Source: Patescibacteria group bacterium (GTDB lineage: Bacteria; Patescibacteriota; WWE3; UBA101185; UBA10185). Taken from it: a DNA stretch of 64,000 nucleotides. The notes under the pieces were generated by a model that saw nothing but the letters and a program-made list of their open reading frames with translations, searched no databases and had not been told where the DNA came from. Shown here piece by piece: positions 18,814 to 28,682 of the stretch. The stretch is from assembly GCA_016926555.1 (NCBI GenBank), contig JAFGOI010000008.1, positions 12,821-76,820 on the forward strand, in the 5' to 3' direction. Made by a program: the position numbers and the translations under genes. The first letter of the stretch is position 1. Every line of letters begins with the position of its first letter.

Positions 18814-19544
18814 TTAGGAAAATAATCGAACTTAACAAGGATTTCTATAATGAAATCGGACAGTCATTTTCTTCAAAAAGACAATATCCCTGGGAAGGCT
18901 GGGGTAGGGTAGTAGTACACATAAAAACACTACTTGATGAAAAAGATACTATAAAGGTATTAGACTTAGGATGCGGCAACGGAAGATTTTATGACTACTT
19001 AGCCAGTAACTTGACGACCAACAAATTTGAGTACACAGGCTGCGATATTTCTGAACCTTTATTGAGTATATCAAAAAGCAAATATCCAAATACTGAGTTT
19101 CTGCAACTTGATATAATTTCTGATCTAGAAAAAATACACGAAAAATACGATGTTGTTGCCTGTTTTGGAATCACTCACCACATTCCATCCTTCGAATTTC
19201 GAAAAAAATGGTTTGAGAAATTATCTAAACTAGTCGAATCAAAGGGATTACTAATCCTTACATTTTGGGAGTTTAACAATGACAAAAGATTTTCCAAATC
19301 TAGCCGGAACATAACATCAGGTTCAGTAAAAATTGGCGAAAACGATATTGAAGAAGGAGACTACTTTTTAGGGTGGGATAAAAAGAATAACGCCTTTAGA
19401 TATGTTCATATTTACAGCGAAGAGGAATATAAACTATTAGACAGCCTTCTTATACGAGAAAAATTACATTTTGAGGATACCTATAGATCGGACGGCAAAT
19501 CTGACTTATTAAATCTTTACAAGATATATAAAAAAATCACATAA
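18798..19544 (+). CDS. Class I SAM-dependent methyltransferase.
   Basis: Motif I VLDLGCGNGRF and downstream acidic-residue motifs. GTG start. Divergent from the Elp3-like gene. Confidence 0.7.
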   Translation: MKPETFRKIIELNKDFYNEIGQSFSSKRQYPWEGWGRVVVHIKTLLDEKDTIKVLDLGCGNGRFYDYLASNLTTNKFEYTGCDISEPLLSISKSKYPNTEFLQLDIISDLEKIHEKYDVVACFGITHHIPSFEFRKKWFEKLSKLVESKGLLILTFWEFNNDKRFSKSSRNITSGSVKIGENDIEEGDYFLGWDKKNNAFRYVHIYSEEEYKLLDSLLIREKLHFEDTYRSDGKSDLLNLYKIYKKIT

Positions 19545-19551
19545 TTTCTTC

Positions 19552-19986
19552 ATGGAAGATTGCATTTTCTGCAAAATAATAAACGGGAATATTCCATCCT
19601 ATAAAATACACGAAACAGCTGATTTTGTTTCAATACTGGACATTAACCCAAATGTAAAAGGAACAACTCTTGTAATATCTAAGAAACATCACGCATCGAA
19701 TCCCATGGAAATACCCAATGAAATATTGAAAAAAGGCATCATCGCGGCAAAAGAAATATCAAAGATATTAAGCAGTAAACTAAACGTCGAAAGAGTTGGT
19801 ATGGCCATTGACGGGACAGGCGTAAATCACTTTCATATTAAACTTTATCCGTTCCACAAGGGAGAATCTGGCTTAGGTGAAGCACACGAACGGGTATATT
19901 TTGAACATTACCCCGGATATCTAACGACTCAACTCGGTCCGCAGGAAGATTTCTCCGAATTAGAAAAACTTGCGAAAAGCTTTTAG
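19552..19986 (+). CDS. HIT-family (histidine triad) hydrolase.
   Basis: MEDCIFCKII N-terminus and histidine triad region VNHFHIKLYP. Confidence 0.75.
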   Translation: MEDCIFCKIINGNIPSYKIHETADFVSILDINPNVKGTTLVISKKHHASNPMEIPNEILKKGIIAAKEISKILSSKLNVERVGMAIDGTGVNHFHIKLYPFHKGESGLGEAHERVYFEHYPGYLTTQLGPQEDFSELEKLAKSF

Positions 19987-20519
19987 TCTTTGATTAGCCT
20001 CTTTTCAATAGCAGCCTGCACCTTGGGATTTCCCCAAACATACAAATAGAACCCAAGAAGAAGCACGCCAGCACTCATAGTTACACCAATAAACTGATTA
20101 AACCCTGTTTCAGGCACTGTACCCGTGCTTTCAGAAGTTTCCGATGTACCTGAACCGCCCAAGTCTGCCGGAAGATTTTGCCCGAGATGGAGAGTAAAAG
20201 AGTAAGAATCATCTCCTTGAGACAATTCAATAGAATAATCTCCCGCGGCCAATGTCAAACTAAGGGACCAATTGCCGCTTCCATCTGCAGTCGTTTCATG
20301 GGAATCACCATCAACTTTGACCTTCACTTCAGTATCGGCTTCTCCCGTACCCGTCAGTGTTGGATTTACTCCCGTATACCACCAATCGGAATACGTTGCG
20401 CCCCCTGTATTAAGCGCGCCTATCTCTGTTAAAGAAAAATCCGCCGCGTAGGTTTTGGCTAAAAGTAATAATATCAATGAAAAGAAAGAAAAAAGAGTTA
20501 GCAGATTTTTCTTTTGCAT
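19983..20519 (-). CDS. Secreted surface protein with a C-terminal LPXTG-like sorting signal (VPETG, hydrophobic segment, KRLIKD).
   Basis: N-terminal signal peptide. The C-terminus reads TVPETGFNQFIGVTMSAGVLLLGFYLYVWG...KRLIKD. Confidence 0.5.
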   Translation of the reverse strand: MQKKNLLTLFSFFSLILLLLAKTYAADFSLTEIGALNTGGATYSDWWYTGVNPTLTGTGEADTEVKVKVDGDSHETTADGSGNWSLSLTLAAGDYSIELSQGDDSYSFTLHLGQNLPADLGGSGTSETSESTGTVPETGFNQFIGVTMSAGVLLLGFYLYVWGNPKVQAAIEKRLIKD

Positions 20520-20576
20520 ATATCTAGTCTAGCTGATAATAAAAACAGATGTCAAATAAAATGTTTCTCATTTAGT

Positions 20577-20610
20577 GATTTAATCTGTTAATATATAATC
20601 AGATTAAATA
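20577..20610. promoter_or_regulatory. Operator-like inverted repeat GATTTAATCTG-N12-CAGATTAAAT enclosing a TATAAT hexamer.
   Basis: Arms at 20577-20587 and 20600-20610 match 10 of 11 positions. TATAAT lies at 20594-20599, in the divergent intergenic region. Confidence 0.35.
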
Positions 20611-20692
20611 GGCTAAACGCAGGTGGTATATGATATAAAAGAGAATAGTATATGAAGATTCTCAGATAAAGGAGAAAATTTGCTAACTCACT

Positions 20693-21352
20693 ATGTTCTT
20701 CGCAAATGCTAAAGAAGAAAATCAACGAAAGCAGGTCGTAAGTAATCTTGTTACTGAAAGCAAAACCACGGGAGGATATTATTTTCTACTCGGTATTTCA
20801 GCTATTATCGCTTCTCTAGGTTTATTAACCAATAACAGCACAGCTATACTTGGCGCCATGCTTATTACTCCCTTATTAACACCTATATTAGCCCTTGGAT
20901 TAGGTGTAACTACATTAAGTGGAGAAGCAATTTTCAGGTCTTCAATCGGAATAATAAACTCAATCGCTACTATAGTATTTATCTCATTCATAATTGGTCT
21001 GAGTACGAGTTCGGATCACTACAGAACACCTGAGGTTCTATTAAAAGGATCCTACTCAGTTGCTTACTTAGTAATTGCTTTTTTCTCCGGATTGGGCGCC
21101 ACATATGCGTGGATAGAACACAAAATAAGTTCGGCCTTAACAGGAGTTGCGGTTGCGGTATCCTTGCTTCCTCCTCTTTCCGTAACAGGGATATCCATCG
21201 CACAAGCGGATTATATTCTTTTCATAGGCTCGTTAAGGGTTTTCTCCGCAAATTTCGTTGGAATAGTTATGGCATCCACTTTAATGTTCACTATCTTCAA
21301 TTTTACAAAACTCAAAGGTTTTGAGGAACGTAAAATTAAATATGAAGAATAA
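20693..21352 (+). CDS. Polytopic membrane protein (DUF389-like). Tentative.
   Basis: Multiple predicted transmembrane helices and Gly-rich loops. The family assignment is from memory only. Confidence 0.4.
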   Translation: MFFANAKEENQRKQVVSNLVTESKTTGGYYFLLGISAIIASLGLLTNNSTAILGAMLITPLLTPILALGLGVTTLSGEAIFRSSIGIINSIATIVFISFIIGLSTSSDHYRTPEVLLKGSYSVAYLVIAFFSGLGATYAWIEHKISSALTGVAVAVSLLPPLSVTGISIAQADYILFIGSLRVFSANFVGIVMASTLMFTIFNFTKLKGFEERKIKYEE

Positions 21353-22615
21353 GTGAAAACACCCTATATACTAAATATTAAAAATGGATTAACTCTATGT
21401 ATTATTGAAAATGAGTATTCGGAGTCTGTTACTCTACACCTAAAAGGCCACGCGGGAAGTAATTATGAGGGCAGAGATGAAATAGGAGCAGCTCACTTTA
21501 TAGAACACTATCTATTAAACCTGCCGCAAAATGAAAAGATAACTAGACAAAAGGACGCTATTTTAAAAGGTGGGGGAAAGATAATTGGAGTTACAAGCCG
21601 AGACGATGTTCTCTTTATGGTCAAGGTTCTTAAAGAGTACTTTGATACAGCCCTTCTTTACATACTAACTATCCTGAATAACGATATAACTTATAACGAA
21701 GCCGCCTTTGAGAGCACACGCAATGCAGTTTTGCAGGAGATCGAGGCTAATAATTTAAAATTATCAAGAATACTAAGTAATTCCACATATAGCATAATGT
21801 TTCCAAAACAAAGAATAGGACTGCCTAATACCGGCAAAACGGAACATGCTAAAAAATTGACATTCTCCAGTCTGAAATCTTTTCATGCAGGAAATTACTC
21901 TTACGACAATTTTACACTTGTGATATCCGGAAATATTAAAAAGAAACAAGTTTTAGAATTTCTGAATGGATTTGACTTTCCAACGGGCTCTCAAGAACTA
22001 CAGAATAAAAACACAATTGACTTAAAAAACAGCCATAACTATAAACTAAACACCTTAATCAAACCCGGATTTCTACCCTGCCACATAAAAATAGACTTCC
22101 CAAGCCTCAAATATTCGGATGACAAATCTTACATACTTAACCTCTTAGCACTAATACTTAAACTTAGCTTGAATAGAGCCCTTAAAGAAAACCTACCATA
22201 CATCAACGTAGAATGTTTTAACTACAGCTCGGGTACATTTGGCATATTTTCTGTTTATGCAACATTAGAAGGGAACAATTTGATCTCTTACTTAAACATA
22301 CTAAGAAACGTAATAGATGGTATTAATAGTATTAGCCCAGAATGCCTTTATGACTGTAAGAAAGTATATAAATCCAATTTGCTATTTTCTTTAGAAAAAA
22401 CCTCATCTATAGCGGAATACTATTCAAACTGCATTACTCACGGGAACAAAAATCAGAACCACTCATATGAACTGCGCTATATAGACAAGCTAATTAGAGA
22501 AGAGCTGATCCGCACAACAAACAACCTGTTTAAATACAAACCGAAAGTAACGTTACTGCTAAACAGCCCGATATCTGGAAAAACCGAGAACAAAATAAAA
22601 CAAATTCTAGGATGA
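21353..22615 (+). CDS. M16 (pitrilysin/insulinase) family metallopeptidase-like protein.
   Basis: Inverted zinc motif HFIEH (HxxEH) near residue 47. GTG start. Confidence 0.55.
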   Translation: MKTPYILNIKNGLTLCIIENEYSESVTLHLKGHAGSNYEGRDEIGAAHFIEHYLLNLPQNEKITRQKDAILKGGGKIIGVTSRDDVLFMVKVLKEYFDTALLYILTILNNDITYNEAAFESTRNAVLQEIEANNLKLSRILSNSTYSIMFPKQRIGLPNTGKTEHAKKLTFSSLKSFHAGNYSYDNFTLVISGNIKKKQVLEFLNGFDFPTGSQELQNKNTIDLKNSHNYKLNTLIKPGFLPCHIKIDFPSLKYSDDKSYILNLLALILKLSLNRALKENLPYINVECFNYSSGTFGIFSVYATLEGNNLISYLNILRNVIDGINSISPECLYDCKKVYKSNLLFSLEKTSSIAEYYSNCITHGNKNQNHSYELRYIDKLIREELIRTTNNLFKYKPKVTLLLNSPISGKTENKIKQILG

Positions 22616-23524
22616 AAGATATACTTTTGTAATCCTGATAAATTCCAAGACTCTAATTACATTGAATATTACGCTTGTAATCCACATCGGATATTTATCC
22701 ATATAATGTTTTCTATAGAACAATCTCATTGCTTCGGTAGATGCCCTCGCCATTTTTACTTTCGTCTCAATAGGAATCCTTCTAATATTCTTATTTTCCC
22801 CTAATATCTTCTTTGATTGTTTTCTTCCTATTGAAGCACCTTTGTAATGAAGTACCTCAATTTGAGGCAAATAATATATTTTATATCCTTTTTCTTTTAC
22901 TCTATAACAAAAATCTATATCTTCACCAAACACAAAGTAATCCTCATCCCATTTAATACCATCCTCATATATCTTCCCTTTAGTAAACATAAAATGTGAG
23001 ATGCATGCATCAATCTCATGGGGTTTACTTAGGTTTTTCCATCCCTGAAAATACTGATTGAACAATTCTGACTTAAAAAATAATTTATCCAAACTCAGAA
23101 AATGTGTCATCGCCGCCAAAGGTGTTGGGAAACCTCTATGCGCATCCCAATCGATAGAACCATCTCTCAAAACCAATTTGGGAGATAATATTCCTGCACC
23201 ATCTGAAATCTCCATGAAACCAAATAGTTTCTTAATAGCATCTTTTGTAGGAAACGCATCCGTACCCAAATAACAGATGTAATCCGCCTTGGAAATATTT
23301 AAAGCCTTGTTATGTGCAGAAGCCAATCCCTCGTTTTTACTCCTTATAAATCGGATTTTTCCTTTCTGACTATATTCTTCACAAATTTCTCTGGAACCAT
23401 CGCTGGAATCATTGTCAATAACGATAATTTCCATATTCGGCCATATATCAGCCAGATTATCCACACACTTCTTCAGCAATTCTGCCGTATTATAATTAAC
23501 TATCACAAAATCAATCTTTTTCAT
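22607..23524 (-). CDS. Family 2 glycosyltransferase (GT-A fold).
   Basis: IDFVIVNYNTAELL...IIVIDNDSSDGS matches GT2 N-terminal motifs. Confidence 0.8.
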   Translation of the reverse strand: MKKIDFVIVNYNTAELLKKCVDNLADIWPNMEIIVIDNDSSDGSREICEEYSQKGKIRFIRSKNEGLASAHNKALNISKADYICYLGTDAFPTKDAIKKLFGFMEISDGAGILSPKLVLRDGSIDWDAHRGFPTPLAAMTHFLSLDKLFFKSELFNQYFQGWKNLSKPHEIDACISHFMFTKGKIYEDGIKWDEDYFVFGEDIDFCYRVKEKGYKIYYLPQIEVLHYKGASIGRKQSKKILGENKNIRRIPIETKVKMARASTEAMRLFYRKHYMDKYPMWITSVIFNVIRVLEFIRITKVYLSS

Positions 23525-23536
23525 ATTTTCACTAGT

Positions 23537-25033
23537 CTATTCCCCTGGGCACTTTAATACAAATACGGTTGAGAAATCTTTTGGACCGAATTCTTCCTCT
23601 ACAACCTCGCACCCCGGAAAGTAATTCAACCTTTTTCTATCTGTATCCATTGAGTAAACAACATAGTCCACATCACCATCAAAATCCCTTTTTATATTAC
23701 CCTTAAAATAATAGGAAAATGACTCAATATTATTCGGAACATATACAGTGATATCTCTACCTTTACCATTTAAATATATTGCCGCATTCGCAAAATATTC
23801 GCCGCTATTATCGTAAAATCCGTTTTCAAGAGCTGTTTTCGTGCCTCCTAAAACACCTGAGTAGTACGCGGAATAAACCGGGTGATATTTTTCCACGGCT
23901 ATAAGAAACACCATCATAGACAGAAAAACCGGCAATCCAGGTTTCATAAGGTAATTCGTAAAACATATAGAGATTGTTAGAATTATCGAAGGTAAAAACA
24001 CTATGGAATACCTATCAATTTTCTGGGATGTTATAGTTAGGAACAAGAAGCTCAATAATATATTTGCGAGTACAATCAGAATATTAAAATCTTTTGTCTT
24101 CCTTATTTCCCATAACGAAACTAAAAAAAGCGTTACAGTAACAAAAGAGTATTTATACAAAAAAACGGCGGGGTAATACAAAAAAGATGTTATACCGCTA
24201 TAATCACTTTTTCTTATTTCGCCATTTATCGATCCTGTAATACCGCGGAAAATATTACTAAACACATAGAACGAATCTGTCCACATTGCAGGGAAAAATA
24301 AATAAAAAGTAAGAATTACCAACAATGGAAAAGAAATCAATATTAGCACATTTCTATGCTCCTTAAACTTCAGCAGCAACACTAAAAAAATAGCCGGAAT
24401 TACTATTACGGCACTTATTTTTGTAAGCAGAGCTAACGCCAACAGCACTGCCGACAGATTTAAAGCTCTTTGGTCATAACATTTCGACCAATACATAACA
24501 AACAGCAGAGATGTAAACATCAAATTTATCTCCAGAGAAGTCAGATGAAACCATCTATTAATGCCTATATAGTAAGGCTCTATGGATATGAGCATCACGT
24601 AAATAAGCGCGGTTTTTACTGAAAACAACCTTCCTATCAGCTCATATTGAATTGTCACAAGAGCAAGGAGAGATAATATAACAAACAGACGCGTAATTAG
24701 GTGTATAACTGGATAGAAATCAGCATTTTCAAGTGTTTTGGGTTCCATATTGCGTATTAGCTGGTACCTGAATAAAATTTCTTCCGAGATCGCGCCAATC
24801 CACATTATAGTCACACCTGGGTGATAACTTTGGTATGTCTCTTTGAAATCGCCAGATTTTAACGACTCCAAGAATCCTATAGACCTTCTGTGCCATCTCG
24901 CTGCATCTGAATTCGACATGTCGTATTTCAAGGATGTGGTTCTGGGAAGTAGAAACAACAGCGATATGATGATATATATTTCCTTTCCCCTCAAGAGAAT
25001 AAGTAAGCTTTTAATTTTACTCATTAACACCAT
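23537..25033 (-). CDS. GT-C fold membrane glycosyltransferase (GT39/PMT-ArnT-like). Paralog of 40718-42226.
   Basis: More than 10 predicted transmembrane helices. N-terminal region similar to the 40718 protein (HPGVTIMW versus KPGITVHW). Confidence 0.55.
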   Translation of the reverse strand: MVLMSKIKSLLILLRGKEIYIIISLLFLLPRTTSLKYDMSNSDAARWHRRSIGFLESLKSGDFKETYQSYHPGVTIMWIGAISEEILFRYQLIRNMEPKTLENADFYPVIHLITRLFVILSLLALVTIQYELIGRLFSVKTALIYVMLISIEPYYIGINRWFHLTSLEINLMFTSLLFVMYWSKCYDQRALNLSAVLLALALLTKISAVIVIPAIFLVLLLKFKEHRNVLILISFPLLVILTFYLFFPAMWTDSFYVFSNIFRGITGSINGEIRKSDYSGITSFLYYPAVFLYKYSFVTVTLFLVSLWEIRKTKDFNILIVLANILLSFLFLTITSQKIDRYSIVFLPSIILTISICFTNYLMKPGLPVFLSMMVFLIAVEKYHPVYSAYYSGVLGGTKTALENGFYDNSGEYFANAAIYLNGKGRDITVYVPNNIESFSYYFKGNIKRDFDGDVDYVVYSMDTDRKRLNYFPGCEVVEEEFGPKDFSTVFVLKCPGE

Positions 25034-25188
25034 ATTATAAAATTAGTTTCCGACCCAATATAATTCACACACCTGAAATTACAAAATCTAAGATATATTG
25101 CTGTCGAAATAATAACTGCAAGAAACGACTGCGTCTTCAAATTTTTAAGATTATATTTTATATTTCTCATTTTTACCCAAATATATAA

Positions 25189-26286
25189 TTATGGATGCCA
25201 AACATGAAAACCGTCTTTCCATTGAACCAAGTAAAAGTAAAAGAACAACCAATACCCGCAAAGCAATGCATAACATGCGACTTTGTTATTAAATTTAAAA
25301 CCGCACATAACCAAAAATGGAATTGCCCAAAGGATGTAAGTTCTATTAAATACCGGCGTAATTACATAGAAAGTAAGGAAAGAAACCGTAGCTAGAATAT
25401 ATTTGTCTATTCCCTTGAGCACAGTACCCAGCACAGACACGAGTATCCAAGGAGCTACTATGGATAAGAAACTATAAACTTTAAATGGAATTATTTGGAA
25501 AAACTCTATATTGTAGTAATAACTAATATAAAACAACAGCGGTCGCCCCTGAATAAATCTGTTTCCATGTATAAAAAAAGTTCCGTTTAACATAGTAACA
25601 AAGTCATTTAAATCAAATAAGAAAGGCAGAAAGAATAATAGCGAAACTAATAAACCTGATAGAAGAAACTTCATTTTATTTTCTGACCTTATTATAAAAA
25701 TAGGAAATAAAATAATCGGGAACGTCTTCACCAATACAGATAACGCATAAAATGTCCCCGAAAGCACACTATCTCTTTCGAGATATATTATTGCCAGTAG
25801 CGCCAATAGAGTAGGTAAAGGATCTATATACGTATATCCAGATCTCAGAAAAGAGTATGGATTAAAAAGCCATAAACAAACCCCCAAAAGTCTCTCAGTA
25901 TATTTTTTATCTTTAAGTAGGCGAAATATCAAAAATGCGACCCCAAAGTCAGCCAAGAGAATCGGTATCTTCCATAAAACTACATATGGAAGCTGAAATA
26001 ATAGACAGAATATATAAATGGAGCCGTATAAATACAATATACCAGGTAAATAAACAAAACCATGATTGCCGGGGTCATCCGGGTTCGAATAGGATTCTAT
26101 TGACCATAAGTAGGGATTTGTTCCTGAAAAAAGATCTGAGATCGCCCTTTCATATGCATATATATCCTTGCTTGTTTGACTAATATACAGAATTCTTTTC
26201 TTAAAAGCTAAAAATAGGAGAACAACATAAATTATAACTTTTATTATGCTGACAGCTTTGTATCTGTTGTTCATTACTTTATTCAA
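25189..26286 (-). CDS. GT-C fold membrane glycosyltransferase (DUF2029/GT87-like). Paralog of 39429-40622.
   Basis: Polytopic. Shared motifs with 39429-40622 (NPY..., ALSVLVKTFPIILFPIF versus ALSVTLKTFPIILISIF). Confidence 0.5.
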   Translation of the reverse strand: MNKVMNNRYKAVSIIKVIIYVVLLFLAFKKRILYISQTSKDIYAYERAISDLFSGTNPYLWSIESYSNPDDPGNHGFVYLPGILYLYGSIYIFCLLFQLPYVVLWKIPILLADFGVAFLIFRLLKDKKYTERLLGVCLWLFNPYSFLRSGYTYIDPLPTLLALLAIIYLERDSVLSGTFYALSVLVKTFPIILFPIFIIRSENKMKFLLSGLLVSLLFFLPFLFDLNDFVTMLNGTFFIHGNRFIQGRPLLFYISYYYNIEFFQIIPFKVYSFLSIVAPWILVSVLGTVLKGIDKYILATVSFLTFYVITPVFNRTYILWAIPFLVMCGFKFNNKVACYALLCGYWLFFYFYLVQWKDGFHVWHP

Positions 26287-27766
26287 CTAAGTATATTCTA
26301 CCAAGAGTTTTCCCTCTATCCCTTACTGTTGTTAAATGTTCCTTTCCTCTTATCTGCGAAAACTTGTAATCCTGAACAAATGAAAGCGGATTTTTTATCC
26401 CTATAATAAAATAGCCAGCTTTGCTCTCCTTTTTCTCAATATCCATGTACATGTCCGCTATGCTTCTATGTTCATTTGTTATGTAGGTTAAATCTCTTCC
26501 CAACTTCTTATTTTGATCATTTATATACGAATTTATTTCCATCCAGTTTCTCCTTAATGGAAACCCTATAATATTGTTCGTGAGAGATTTATGATTATAT
26601 TGCTTTGTCTCCAAAAACAAAATTTTCTCACTAACAAAAGGATATTCAAGCCTATTATCAACAATGATCATATATGTTTGATAATACAAAAAGCAGCAGA
26701 TTACTGCCCCTGAGACATATCCAATATATTTACATGTGCCCCTCAACCTATTTTGGATTTCAACAAAAGACGATCCAACTAAAATGGATATCGGATATAA
26801 AAAATTGTAAACATGTGTCCCCGAACTTTTTATAAAAATTACAAAGAACAACAGAACCGCTACCAGCCATAGCAAATAATATTTATGCTTTTTAAACGAG
26901 ACCATACTTAATACTATTGCCGAAACCATTACTAATCTAAATAAAAATGGGTTGTAAAGAGTATATCTAAAATCATACTCATATATCTTCTCAACAACGT
27001 TCAAGCTTAGCCCCACCCTGGATCTGAAATAATCCATTGTATCCGCGTTTTTGCTATACTGAGCAAAATATACTGAAACAATCAAAATCGACATAACTAC
27101 CGGAAGTAGAAAGGCTAGTATTTTATAACTTCTCTTATTGTAAGTACCTCTTAACTGGGTCACACAACAGATAAACAAAAATGGCATAATAAATACCGCA
27201 TCCCAATGAGATAGAAGAGAAAGGAGATAAAACACATTACCCAGCGCCACATTACGCACAAAATTACCAGAGTCGCCCTTAAGTATATCCGAATAGAAAT
27301 ACATGCAAACAGTTGAGAAAAACAGGTTTAAACTTTGATACTGTACTATTCTCCCAAATGCGACCGTGAAACCGTTCACACCAAATATAAATGAACTCAA
27401 GAAAGCGACTTTATCCGACTTAGTAATATTTTTAACTGCTAAATAGAAGAACAAGATTGAGAAAGAATTAAATAGGGCATAGGGAACACGAAAAGTCAAT
27501 TCGGGAAAAACACTCCCATTAACTAAGTACACTAAATATGTGACTAAAAACTGAATAGGCCCTTTCCTCTCACTAAGAAACCTATCCCATCCATAAAAAT
27601 TCCCACTTATCTTCAGCGGCATAAGCAAATATGTTTCGTCGGGAATATATTCGGAGTAACCAAGATTTACAAATCTGAGTGCTCCCATAAATAGAAGCAA
27701 CAGCGCCAGATATTTAGTCTCCTTATTTAGTTTTAGCCTTGTTCCGAGTTTTTTTGTATTAAACAT
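26279..27766 (-). CDS. GT-C fold membrane glycosyltransferase (ArnT/GT83-39-like). Paralog of 28683-30134.
   Basis: Polytopic. Shared RKGP(I/M)QFLV motif with the 28683 protein. Confidence 0.55.
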   Translation of the reverse strand: MFNTKKLGTRLKLNKETKYLALLLLFMGALRFVNLGYSEYIPDETYLLMPLKISGNFYGWDRFLSERKGPIQFLVTYLVYLVNGSVFPELTFRVPYALFNSFSILFFYLAVKNITKSDKVAFLSSFIFGVNGFTVAFGRIVQYQSLNLFFSTVCMYFYSDILKGDSGNFVRNVALGNVFYLLSLLSHWDAVFIMPFLFICCVTQLRGTYNKRSYKILAFLLPVVMSILIVSVYFAQYSKNADTMDYFRSRVGLSLNVVEKIYEYDFRYTLYNPFLFRLVMVSAIVLSMVSFKKHKYYLLWLVAVLLFFVIFIKSSGTHVYNFLYPISILVGSSFVEIQNRLRGTCKYIGYVSGAVICCFLYYQTYMIIVDNRLEYPFVSEKILFLETKQYNHKSLTNNIIGFPLRRNWMEINSYINDQNKKLGRDLTYITNEHRSIADMYMDIEKKESKAGYFIIGIKNPLSFVQDYKFSQIRGKEHLTTVRDRGKTLGRIYLVE

Positions 27767-27808
27767 TATTATTGAACCAAATTAATTATATGGGTATCAT
27801 CATATTTA

Positions 27809-28681
27809 GTGAATAAAAACAAATTAGCATCCCTTTTTAATAGAAATAGTTTGTTATACATCTTAACTTTCGCTGTGGTCTTGCTGTCTCTACAAGTATT
27901 TTTCCCTGATGTGTCAAGGACAATCTTTGGCTCCAGTTTAACTTCATATAATTCAGGCGCAAGTTTGAAGTCAGCAAACTTATCGAGCAAATCGGAAACA
28001 AGTAACGCAAATTACGATCACACCAAATCTATATTTTCCATCCTGGTAAATAACACTGATTACACACTGGGGTCACTCAGAAATAAAGTTGAAGAATTAG
28101 AGGGGGAGGTTTTATCCTGGGACAATAATAGAGGAACTATAGATCAAATCGCGGAGTTGCTAATAAGGCTCCCAAAGGATAATTTCGAAACATTTGCCGG
28201 ATTCCTACGAAGTGAATCAATAAGAGTAGTATCAGAGAATATAAAAAATACCTCATACACTGAGAACGCCTACGAAAATCTAGACGAAAAAATAGAAAAG
28301 CTACAATCTACAATTAATACACTGGAAGATATCAAAACAAAGACTGAGGATTCCGTTAAGGTAATGAACGTTCAAAGACAGATTGATACGGTACAAGAGG
28401 ACATTGAAGCATTTAAGGCAAGAAAAGACTTTCTGGATCTGGAATTAAACACGATTTTGGTCCAAGTCAACTTAACTACCGATGAACAGGCTCTGCCATA
28501 TTTACCTTCTGATCCTTGGAGTCCAGAAACCGTATTCAAGAAAGCAGTCCGCAGTTTACTAATATCCGCGCAAAAAATCGGTACGGCGGCAATTTGGCTC
28601 TTTGTATACTCACCGATAATACTAGGTGTTTTGACTATACTAGTAACTTTAAGAAACTTATATCTGAGGTTTAAGAGATAG
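27809..28681 (+). CDS. Hypothetical membrane protein with an N-terminal transmembrane segment, a coiled coil and a C-terminal transmembrane segment (DUF4349-like architecture).
   Basis: Hydrophobic N- and C-terminal segments and heptad-like central region. Confidence 0.4.
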   Translation: MNKNKLASLFNRNSLLYILTFAVVLLSLQVFFPDVSRTIFGSSLTSYNSGASLKSANLSSKSETSNANYDHTKSIFSILVNNTDYTLGSLRNKVEELEGEVLSWDNNRGTIDQIAELLIRLPKDNFETFAGFLRSESIRVVSENIKNTSYTENAYENLDEKIEKLQSTINTLEDIKTKTEDSVKVMNVQRQIDTVQEDIEAFKARKDFLDLELNTILVQVNLTTDEQALPYLPSDPWSPETVFKKAVRSLLISAQKIGTAAIWLFVYSPIILGVLTILVTLRNLYLRFKR

Positions 28682-28682
28682 C

